This document shows positions 1 through 12,000 of a stretch of 64,000 bases of DNA, piece after piece; the first letter of the stretch is position 1, and the number at the start of each line of letters is the position of its first letter. The notes beneath the pieces were generated by a model. It was not told the DNA's origin. It did no database searches and saw only the letters and a list, made by a program, of their open reading frames with translations. Both the position numbers and the translations under genes were made by a program. The stretch comes from Yuukianura sp. NJ FZ-2021 (Eukaryota): positions 4,774,001 through 4,838,000 of the forward strand of contig CM102289.1 of NCBI GenBank assembly GCA_046563655.1, written 5' to 3'.

Positions 1-3000
1 TGTCCTTACAGAACAAACTCTTTGCACCCAAATTCAACTACATGGGGTTCTACCTCGTGCGACTGGACTCCGCCATTGAAGAACCATCTCTAGTTGACGA
101 CTGGGAAGATCATATGCGAATCTATAGGGATGATTTAAAATGGCTACTCGGACTTCCTCATCACAAGTTCTGGTCGGCACTTGTTTATTCGGAGCCAATT
201 TCTCAGCATGTTCTCACGTCGTATCTCATCCAAGCGCCACGGCCGCATGAGCACAGCTACAAGGAATACTTTGCTCACTCGAGAATTGGCCCTCTCCTAG
301 CACAAATACATGATTTCGTTTTCAGAATTTTTTTACGTCTGTCAACCTTCAAAGAAACCAAGGTTAGGCCCTGATAATTGATTCACCTCGGGGTTGTTGG
401 ATTTGTTCAAGTTGGAACTCAATCGGTTTAATTTTGTGCTTTACAGGAGGATCACATCACACCCAGCAAATGGGCTACTCTCATCTACGACCACTACTTG
501 TTCGACGTGCCGAAGTTGTTTGATCTCGTTGTCCTTTACGGCTCTAGCCGAAAGCAAATCTTAACCAAGATGATTGACAATGTTCTTAGCCATCAACCAA
601 ATTATCTCCACGACTTCAGTGCAACTCTTCCCATTTACGTTGGAAAGTGGTTAATGCAAAGCGAGCAGCTAGGAAGCCTGGTGCGGAAACAAAAGCAGTT
701 CAGCAGCGGACAATGGGATTATACTGGCTTTGAAGACATCATTCTTTTCAATGTCGATCAAGCAATCTCGCTTTATAAGCTTATCGATATCCATCCTCCA
801 TTTGCCATTGCCGCTCATACAACATCTGAGTTCGAGGTCACGTAAGTTCCGTTTTGCCTTAAAATGCTGTATAATATTATGCTTCAGAATTTCTGGGTGA
901 TTTTTGTGTATTCAGAATCGGTGCCAGTTACGAGCAAGACGTCCAGGAGTGGAAGAAAGTTATTCAACACTTACCGCAGTTGGAAAGTCTTGTAAACACA
1001 TGGAGAGTTTACATGCTAAAACTTTTCCGACTTGTACTGGCGTCTTCGACGATTCAAACTGTTGAGAGACCTCAAAAGTACGTTCTTACATCGACCTTCT
1101 GTCTATAAACGTTGTATCTAAGGATTTTTTTTTTATTTTAGTGGTGCTGTGGATGAGTTCCTGGGAGTTATTTCCAACTGTTTGGAGTCATGCATCTTTT
1201 TATATGACTATGACAAAACATTTCCTTTTGCCGCAGATATAGATGAACTACGTCGCAGAGGAGTTTATGTGTAAGTTAACTCAACCATTCTATTCGGCTG
1301 TATGCTGTTTTTCTTAATTTCAACGATGTCTTTACACTTTACCGTTCGAAATGCTATTACGTTGGTTAGCATTTTAGTAATTGAACCCTTTCCCTCTCGG
1401 GAAGGGTTCAATAACCTAACCTAGAATTGTAGAATTGTAACACCGTCAAATCGCACGCTCCGAATTGAAAAATCCTGAAGTTACGTTGTGGCTCCTTGTT
1501 AGCCTATGACTTGTTAGCCCAGGTTGTAATGCTTATGTCAACTGAAGAGTACGTGGTACAATCACTCTCTCACCCTAAACCTCTTCTCTTTTACAGAGAT
1601 TCGACCCGGGTAGAATATCTTTCGAACGCTGTTGCAGCAGCATATGAAGCGTGCGGACAGCGATATCAAGCTGCAAAAGTAGAAGTACCTGACACAGTCC
1701 CTGACCCTCTGAACGATCCAACGTTTGACAGGCAACTTCTAGGAGCATGCTCTCTCGATGTGGTTGGTCCTGAACTTATTTCTCTCGTCTCTCAAGTCAA
1801 GGATTTGTTACCTGATCTACCAGACGCTTACATAGAGGTACACTCATTACTGAATACAAAAGTTTACCGAGAAATTAAAGTTATACTTTCTTATTTCATA
1901 GGCATGTTTGAAACACTTTGGATATCAAACGGAGACTGCTATAAATGCTATTCTGGAAGGCTCGGTGCCAACCCACTTAGAAAAGTTTAAGGAGACCAGA
2001 CTTGAGCCAGTTCTTAAGCTGGACAAAGATGCAATGGAAATGGAACTGCTGTACAGAAGGTGTTATTGAAAATTGAGTTATCGACTCCGCCTTAAGTAGT
2101 GTTTTAAATATTTGTGGTTTGATGTGAACGACAGGAGAGATGCCATTCAAGATTTGCTTCCCTCTCGAGACGTAAAGCAACGGGTCCTAGAATGTTATGA
2201 AGCTCAAGAGATGCGGAAATGGACGAATGCTGAGGAAGAGAGACCGGACGATTATCTACACAAGTCACTTCTTCCAGCGTTTCGGGAGGACATTGAATAT
2301 CAAGATGAATATGACGATACATATGATGAAGGTAAGAAAAAATAACCTTTTGGTGTGCTACTTTTGGTGAATTATTGGGGTCTGCTAAGATTGGAGAATG
2401 TAAAAGCACATTGTGCTTTGTGCATCGCATTTTAACCGAAAACATACATCTCTTGTAAAATCACTTTTCATTTCCGCAATATCTTTAACAAAAATGTCAA
2501 TGTTAGTAGACGGGTACTCACTCAATTTCTTTCCATCATAATATTGCATGTAAATGGAAAGCGTTGTGTTGTATACAATCGCGACGCTTTGGACAACATT
2601 TAGAACATCGTTGAATATTTTCAACAACTAGCACAAAGTCGCCCTTCCATACGCATATTTTTCGATGATGCAAAAGCATCGTATTACTATCCGTATTACT
2701 ATTACTATCCGGAACAAGTTGTTACGCAACTTCTTCCCAATTTAGTAATTTAATTACTCATCCACTAAACGTGAGCAATACCACCTTGACTTTCATTTAG
2801 AAACTTAACGCTTGCGAATTTAGAATCCAAGCTTCAAATTCCGAGCTTTTGCGAAACTCGCGATGAGATAAGTTGTAAGAACACCCTTAAACAAATTTTT
2901 CGTGTGTCTTTTACTGTGTTATACGCTTCGACGAGATTGAACACCACCAACACAGTCTGGTTTTTGATTCTCCCGTCTTATCTAGTACACCTTAAGTAGT

Positions 3001-6000
3001 ACTTTGTAAGATAAGGAAATTTCGTAGTGGTTAAATTAAGGGACTTCTCTTCCGCTCTAATTTGTAAACCCAACCTTTTCCGTTCCTATCCTTACGTTTT
3101 TCCCGGGCCCTTAGCAGTTTCACCTTAGAAGGGGGTTTCTTCCCTTCCAAGGGCCGACCGGTCACTCAAGGTCACGACTTGACCCCCTTTTTACCTCTGG
3201 TAGTAGCAGAAAGAATTTGGCCTCAGTTGATCAGCTACTCCAGCCCGTTATTGATCTCGAGTACTCCAGCCCGAAAATCCAGAATAATCCCGCACCCCAG
3301 TGCCGCACCAACCAACTCCAAACGAACCGAACCAACCAGTACTTACTACCAATAATTCATGCCGCGGTACACAGCAATTTTAGGGGTCACCAACCCCGTG
3401 ACATGAGACTGAGATGTTGTGAGTTCAATTCCAAACAACAAAAAGAGAAAACCGCGCCGCGCCGCTTTACCGCGCTCAACTCGCTAAGTTAATGTGAAAA
3501 CCAATGAGAAAACCAAATGAGAAAAACTCTAATTGAAACCAAACGTGAATCTCTAATTGAAAACCAGTTAATTGAACGGTAAAATGAAACGGTAAACGAA
3601 ACGGTACTTTACAGAAAACGAAACGGTATGAAACGAAAATGTCGAACCCTAAACCGACAGAGTAACAACCCTAACCAACTCTCCCGGGATCGCCACACGG
3701 AGAGGAACCTCAGCAGCAGGCGGGTATCCCGACCACAATCTGCCCATCCACCAACAAGCCCCCGAGTGCATGGAAGATAGCCTGTAGCTGCCTTCTCCCA
3801 TGGAAAAGGCACTCTCAACCATGTACTCCTTTCCCAATTTTAAACAACAAAGGAGAACAGCAGCTGATACTAAATGTGCTTAGTACTAATCAACTTTCTT
3901 CTAGGAGTTGATTAGTACTAAGTTTAAAACGATTCGGAGTCCCTAACTTCAATTAAAATTCGATTAATTAGTTGTGGTTGAGTTTGTGTTTTTTCCTGGC
4001 TTTTGACTTGGAAGTGAAAAGATGAGAAGTGGAAGAGTTGTCCCTACAGTACCAATAGAGGGCGCGCGCTTCTCCCTTTCTTATGAACATGACGCTATTT
4101 TTGCAGTCTCACAACATCCCCCCTCACAAAGCCACGAAGCGGTCAGTACACTTCTTATTCAACATTTTCTCTCCCTGACCCGACTTCCCATTTCCATTCT
4201 GAAGTATTTACAAGAATTCTTACGTTCTAGATTTAACTTGAAGTTTAACATTTTTTTAAAATCAAAAGAAAAATTAATTTTTAATTTAACTATGGGGACA
4301 AAAATCATTTAGGACGAAAGCGAAAAAATTAGAAGGGAGGGATTCCAGTAGTAAGTGATCCAAAGTCCAATCCAGTTCAAAATTACAGGCAGAAGCCTCC
4401 AGGGTCTTCTCCATCCGCCGTTACTCGTCCAGACAACAGTCTCCGTTTCTGGCGGCCATCTTTCCATTTCCAGTCCACATCCAGTTGCATCTTTCCTCGG
4501 AAAGGCCAAGTCCCATCTCTTTTCCTCTGCACGAATCCATCATTGGGGAAACGCGCCTGTGTCGTAGTCAAATCCAGGTTTACTCGCTTCCTCCTGTCCA
4601 TGTCCAACTGAGTTGTCTGGAACTCAGAGAAAAGACGAGCATTAGAGTCATAATCGGGTTTGTCATTTATTTCATTTAATTTTACGCGCCGCTGGCGTTG
4701 CGTGCGTTTGTCCACTACTCTTTCGCAACACGGTTCAATGCAGGACAGTGACATGACAACTACTTCGGAATCTGTGATAGCCTCGGTACTGCCGACAGTC
4801 ACTTCTGCCCAGTCTTCCCAATGTTCAACTTCTGTGGCGATGCATTCTTCAGAATTACAGCCAAAAGTCCCAGTAATCTCTTGCCAAACTTCAGAAGTGT
4901 TGTCGCCCAATGCCGCCGTTCCAAACTGACAATGGCTTTCTTCTGGAGGATCCAACGAACATGAAACTTCCGTCTCTCGAATCAGAGTTTCCGAAGCAAC
5001 TTCGTCTTGGCTCGATGAGAGGCTAGTGCAATTCTCAAAGGCATCAATCAGTCCACAGTATTCAAACCCCGAATCTTCCAAAGATTCTTGCTCCATGTCC
5101 ATTCCAGTATCAAACGTCGAAGAGTGAGAAGCGAGAACCACCGTCGTGCCAGACTCCTGGGTCTGCGCATGAGTACGAGGCTCATCACCGCCCTTCCAAT
5201 CATTTCCTACAGTAGGGCGCTCACTCGTGATTCCCTTGTAGATCCCACTCTGATTTTCCGAAGACATAGGAGCAAACGATACCGAAGACGAATCGTCAAC
5301 GTACGAGTCCACAGGAACTGCCAGTTCCCTTGGGTCAATACCATTCCCCCTCTGCCTTGAAAACCTTTGAGAAGCCCCACCAAAACTTGACCTCTCCCTC
5401 TGACCTCGAGACTTCCATCCATGCCTGTCAATCCATCCAGAATCAGCGTCTGTGGAATGGTTGCTCCCATGGTAGGAGAGTCCAGGGTCAATGACATTGC
5501 CTGTTGTTGGCTCGTGGTACATGTTGTCCAGAGCGATTCTTCTTTCAACTTCCTCGGCTGCTTTGTACAGCTCCCTTGTGTCTGCAAAGCGTTGGCCGAT
5601 CCATCTGAGTCTGTCTCTTGATTCTGGGTTCATCAGTTCAATGACCTGCATGACCTTCTGTTCTTCACTTGGTGAAAATTCCAGCTTGTCGAAGAGTGAG
5701 CACATTGTCAGCACATAATCGGTCAACTTTTCTTCTCTGCCTTGGTAGCGATCCAGAAGTGCTCTCTTCAGCTCATATTGGTAATTCGGGTGTTCAAACT
5801 TGCGTCGGAATTCGGAACGAAACGTACTCCAACTGTCCAGGATCTTGAAGATGAACTGATACCAAATGGCAGCCATTCCTGAGAATGCTACTGGCAAGAC
5901 TTGCTCCATCATGTCCTCTTCGCAGATTCCCCAAACCTGCATGTACCGTTCCAGTTTCAGCAAATACTCGTACGGTTGTACGCAGTAGCTTCCATCAAAC

Positions 6001-9000
6001 TTCGGCAGAGGGCAATCTCTCCGATTCAGTATCTTCCGATCCACTTGCGGTACTTTGTCAGCCATTTTTGTCCGGGTCACTGCCTCAGCACAACCATTTT
6101 TCTGTACTTTACGCCTGCGCCCGCTCTTTTCCATCTTTGTATTTAATTTTAACTTTAACTTTGATTTTGCGCGCGTAGTGGACAAATCATCGTTTGGATT
6201 TGAACTCTGACATCTCTTGTTACTGACCGATCTACCGCCTAAGGGTTTCCCGTCTGAGCCCCCATGTTGTAAGATACGATTTTTCCAGTGGCCAATTAAG
6301 GGCTACAAATCCGGCTCTAATCTGAAACCCGCCCTTTCCGTTCGCTATCCCTTACGTTTACTTGACGGGCCCTTAGTAGTTTCACCTTAAGAAAGGGTTT
6401 CTTCTTTCTTAAGGGCCGATAGAAGGCACTTCACACTCCAGAAGGGTCAACAACCTGAGAATTTGCACGTAGACTTGGCCTCTCTCCTCGCAGTCCAGTG
6501 ACCTTGACCTCTGACCTTTGACTTTCGACTCCGACAGAGAAAATGACAACTCGATTCGTGAAACCGTTAACCAATCAGAAAGCTCTCCAGTTAATCAATC
6601 TTAATTGCTAGGTGACCGAAAACTCCAATTAACTCCAATTAATGACTCGTTAAGTTGAAATGAGATAAAAGAAATTGAGAAATTCCAGAAGTCAGCTGAT
6701 TCGAAGATAAATAAACGTAAACACGAATAACCTTTGACCCAATTGAATGTGTGAGCAAAACAGAGTTCAAATACCAGAGACAATCCTAATTAGAAAACCC
6801 GCGTACGCGTGCGTAGCGTTAATTGATTGAATTAATTGAGAAAAACCGATAAAAACTGAATTAAACTGAGGAAAACTGATTTGAAACCGATTTAAATTGA
6901 TGGAAAACTGATTTAAAACAATTACAATTTAATGCGCGTTGAGTGAAACAAAAAGGAAATTGAATTACGCGCAGTTCCCGTCACTGAAGGTGAACAAAAG
7001 AACAAGAAAACCGAAACGCCAAGAAAACGCGTAAACTTTAACGACGAAAACGACTTTAACGACGAAAAAGACTTTAACGTGAAACTTTAAGTGGTTCTCC
7101 GGATCACCCCGAGCAACCAAACCCTGGGCAGTATGCTGGAAGCCAGCAACACCCTGCCAATACCTGTAGTAGTCCCCGGTCGTCCTTCGAGCATCAATTC
7201 AGCAGCGTTTCCCCCTGGTTTACTGTGTACTGGAAAAGGCATGCCTGGCAGTGGAAAGGCAGGCCAAGGTCTCCTTTCTAGGCCAAAAGGCATGCTTGTC
7301 CATGCACATTGAACCATTAATTAAGGTAGTTTAGGTAGTTGATAGGTAACGGAACTTTAGTGATTTAAGTAGATTAGGATTTTAGTTAATTTTTAGGATA
7401 GTTTAGTTTTAGGTAATTAGCGTTAATTAGTTGGATAATTAGTTTTAAGTTTTGTCTATCTGTTTGCTTGGAAAAGTACTGGGTGCTGCGGCGGTAAAGT
7501 GCGGGAACAGTTTTGGTTTAAATTTGAGTGAAATCTTTCCAGAGGTTTCACTCAAATTCTCACTAGATGGCGTATGCCGTCCAGGGCTCTTTGTGAAGTG
7601 ACGCTCTGTTTTTTGTGCTCTCACAACTTCCCCCCTCCAATTGGCCCGAAAGTCATCGTGTTGAGAAATATTATTTAGCAGACTCTAATACTATTTACAA
7701 AGTAACTGTGACTCTAAATTGTTTGGAAAAATTTAAGTATTTCTTACTTAGAACTGAATTTATAATTGAATAAATTGAAAAACTTGAAGAATCCTCTTGA
7801 GTACTAACGTAGAAGGCAAGGAAACAAGATAGAATTAATTTGAAAAATGACCATTAACTGGAAAGGAAACGATGTCTTCAATCGTCTTCATCCGAGTCCT
7901 TGAACCCAAATTTCTCCTTCTTCATCATTCGAATTTTTCCATTGATCCTGAAGTTATCTCTACCCTCTTTCTCCAGAATCTCCACTCCCTCGAGTTGAGT
8001 CAGCGTCTCAATTCCACGGTGGAGTGCAGGATGAAGGAAGGCGCTGACTCCATCGCCGAAGTTCCACTTCTCCAGAAGGTCATCATCTGCAACGTCGGCT
8101 CGGGAAAGCTTCGGAGGTCGTCTGGGAGTCTCAGCCTGGGTCATACCCTTCTCCTTCTTGATTCTCACCCATGGAATGATTGGGGCCACTTCTGGAACTT
8201 CTAGGCGAGTGATCGGGGCTTCTGGGCGAGTGATTGTGGCCTCGGGCTTCTTCTTTGGAGGAGACTTGGAAGTTCTCGGGGCCGTCATTGGAACTGGAAG
8301 ATCGGCTGAAGTAATGGTGGATGATGGAATCTGCTTCACCGGAACTGACAACTTGGACTGAACTGTCTTTGAGTTTTTCGCTGTGGTCAACTTGAGGGGC
8401 TGAGCAAAGAGGTCGAACTGTGGAGGACTTGGAGAACGACCTCGAGCTTTCTTGGCAATCTGCCTCCGTTCCAGTGCTGCCTTCTGCTTCGCCATTTGAG
8501 CTGTGGCTGACAATTTGGCTGGCTTTTGCTGCTCTAGTTCTTCCTTCCGCTTCTTCTCCAGAAATTCGTCCATGTTCACAAGTGCTTCCACCTGTCTCTC
8601 CTTGGGAACTCCGAACTTCAGCCAGGTATTCATGGGAGCATCTTCTTGTTTCTGCTTCTGTTCTGCCTCGAAAACATCCATGATTTTCTGAACTTGACGG
8701 ATTGGAAGTCCTTGGCTGCGTTTCTTTGGTGGTTCGTATTTCTTCGGCGGAATGTAAGGCCGATCTGTCGTAACCCAAGCTGGAGCTCGCACTGTCAAGT
8801 CTCTCTTGTAGACATCTTTGCCTGGTTCGTTGGAGAAGGAGATCGAGATCACACCTGGGTCGATACAGAAGGAAGGAGGACGCTGAAGCCAGTGGTCGTC
8901 CATTGTTTTGAAATTGAAATTTTGGACTTTGATTGTCCCCGTCTGCCATCTGGGATTTCTCGCAGTGTTGAAGGCATCGGCCTTTTTCGCATCTCGAAGT

Positions 9001-12000
9001 GCTGAGGATCGGCTCACAAATTTGTGTTTCTTCGGAGGAGGAGCGTAGTACGTTGGAAGAATTGGCGGTGGAGGTTGAGGCTGGGACTGGCTCGGATTCA
9101 CTGGGAATGCAATCGGAGGTGGCTCTCGTGTCGGCACTGGTGGAATTGCCAAGTCCCCGAGTCGAATTCCCCCGACAATCATGTTCGGATCCAGATTGCT
9201 CATTCTGGAAGCAACAATAGAAAGGTCGGCAATCAGAAACATGGACTTCACCAACAAATTCGTTCGCGCCAATTGAGTTTAACATTAGGATTGTCTCATT
9301 TTTCTTTCCCGCGACAACAAAAGGACCTTCGAACTTGTTCATGAGAGACGCAGTGATTCCTTTCGCAGCGTTCGACAACACCCTTGATTTACGCAGAATC
9401 AAATCTCCAATCTCATAAGTCACTTCTTTTCTCTTTTTGTTGTACTGTGACATGTACTCTTTTTGAGAAGAAAGTTGATTAGCTTTCGCCAATTCCCAAA
9501 CGTAATTCATTCTCTCTGCCATTTCCTGAGTGTCACTACTTTGACCACCCGGAATTTCCAAAACATTGTCAAACGGAGTTCTCAACTCCCGTCCAAAATT
9601 TAAGTAAGCTGGTGAGAATTTCATGGTTTGATTGACACTTGAATTGAGCGCGAAGCTCAATTCTGCCAAGTATCTGTCCCATTCTTTACATTTTTCGATA
9701 GTCGCAACTATCATTGACTTTAAAGTTTCGTTGTATCTCTCAGTCACATTAGGTTGAGGATGATAAGGTGGAATGAAGAGAGCGTTTACACCAAAAGATT
9801 TGCAGAAGTCCTTGTACACGTTACTTTTCCCGAATGCTGGTCCGTTATCGGCGACAATTGTGGAAGGAAATCCCCAGCGACAGAAAACTTGCCAAAGTTT
9901 CTTTGTTACGACGTCTGCTGTTCCGCTTCGCAGAGGAAAGAGTTCGACCCATTTTGTGAAGTTGTCAACGACGACGAGAAGAAACTTGTTCTGAAAAGAA
10001 CTTCTGGTGTAAGGGCCCATCAAATCAATGTAGAGGTTTTCCCACGGCCGCTTGACTTTTGGAGATGTTCCGAACCCTGCTGGCTTGACTTTCCAGGCTT
10101 TTGCGAGTTGGCAGTCTTCACAACTTTTGACGAAATTTTGAGTGTCTTTGCGCATGGACTTCCACCAGACTCTTTTCTCCAACTTCAAGTAAGTTTTCGA
10201 CGTTCCAAGATGACCACCGATTTTGCTGGAATGAAAATGACGCAGGCAAGTCTCTCTGAGTGAATGTGGAATCCAAAGTCGCCAATGGGTTCCGTCGTCT
10301 TCCCACGGACAGTGAATGTTCCCAATGTACTTGTACAAACAGCCAGATTCGTCAACAAAAGCGGATTCTGCGCGGCGGACAATGTAGTTGTTGTGGTCTC
10401 TGGAGTTCGTAGCCGGCAATTCTTCGTTCTTCAAAAATTTGATGATTGGACCCAGTTCTGCGTCTTGAATTTGTGCATGAGCTAGTTCGTCTTTGTTCGG
10501 AATGTAGTCGGATTCAAGCGTGAGGACTTCGAAGGCACGGGAAAGAGCATCTGCTGTTCGATTCAGAGCGCCTGACCGGTACTTGATCTGATACTTATAG
10601 CCTTGGAGCTCAAGAGCCCACCTAGCCAATCGTCCCGTCGGTTCTTTGATTTTCTGCAGCCACGTCAGCGCTTGATGATCGGTTTCGATTGTGAATTCGG
10701 TAAATTCCAGGTACGCTTTGAATTTCTTGACGGCGTAGATTACGGCGAGACATTCCTTCTCTGTGATGGAGTAATTCAGCTCTGCCCCGTTGAGCTTCCG
10801 GCTGATGAACCAAACTGGAGATCTTCCTTGTTCTGTCTCTTGTAATAGTACTGCACCGATTCCGAGCCCACTGGCATCGCATTGAATTGAAAATGGTTTG
10901 GACAAATCTGGTAGACTGAGTTCGACTTGTGACTGGAGTGTTTTCCGCAAATAATCAAAGCCCTCTTGGCATTCTTTAGTCCATTTGAAAGTTTCAGACT
11001 TCCGAAGAAGTTTAGAAAGTGGAGCAGCTTTAATGGAGAAATCAGGGACAAACTGGCGATAGTATCCAGTGAATCCCAAAAATCTTTGAATGTCTTTAAC
11101 GTTTCGAGGAATTTGATAATTCGTTAAGGCTGAGACTTTGTCAGGGTGGGGACGACATTTGCCCGCCTCAATGACATAGCCAAGAAAGTCAATTTCAGAT
11201 TTACAAAACGCTACTTTTTTCGGATTTATGGTAAATCCTGCTTCAAACATTGTTTTAAAGAAAGCACGTAGATGAATCATGTGTTCTTCTACCGTCTTTG
11301 AGAAAACCAAGAAATCATCGAAAAATCCAAGGACACAATTAAATCTCAACTTGTCCATCACCATGTCCATGGCTCTTTGGAACGTTGCCGGGGAGTTTTT
11401 CATCCCTTGTGGCGTTCTTTTAAATTGGTACAGACCCCGAGGGGTAATGAAAGCTGTCTTAGGCCGGTCCTCGACCGCCACACCGATTTGAAAAAACCCA
11501 TCTGAGAGATCAAACTTTGACATTACGTGACCTTGAGAGAGATAACAGAGAATGTCGTCTATTCTTGGCATTGGGTACTTGTCGTCCTTCGTGACCGCAT
11601 TAACTTCTCGGTAGTCCACACAGAACCGGAAACTGCCGTTCTTCTTTGGAGTCAGTAGCACGTGGGAGGCCCAAGGACTTCTCGCAGGCTCCACCAAGTC
11701 GTTCGCAATCAGTTTGTCAAGTTCGTCCAGCAAAATGTCTCGTTTAACTGAGGTCATAGGGCGAGGGTGACAGAAAATCGGTTTCGCGTCTCCAGTGTCG
11801 ATTCGGTGCTCAAAGACAGAACAGAAACCCGGCTTCTTCGTGAAAATACTGGAAAAATCTGAGATAATTCCCCGCAGTTCCCTCGAGTGATCAACCGGAA
11901 GGTCAACGCCCTTCATTAAGTCGTCGATTAGTTCAACATTCTCAAGACCCTCAGACAAGGAGCACTCCAAAAGCTCATCTCCCTCATCTAAACCACAATT

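Noticed and set aside
3217..4312. Short ORFs within LTR-A copies and antisense ORFs across the retroelements
   Set aside because: Not conserved in length or frame among the three LTR copies, or simply shadows of the real ORFs.
7626..7629. ACTT after LTR-B matches the outer TSD, suggesting a separate 3005-7625 insertion
   Set aside because: It is the PPT-LTR junction (GGGGGGAAGT on minus) of the autonomous unit; host sequence resumes only after 18632.
8131..8145. The Pol extension ends in DPG and the Gag-only ORF ends in DPGGFCL
   Set aside because: Three residues with no further alignable context; cannot be separated from chance.
11300..11335. RT catalytic motif FFDD instead of YxDD
   Set aside because: FxDD variants are common in functional Ty3/Gypsy RTs; not a sign of novelty or inactivity.
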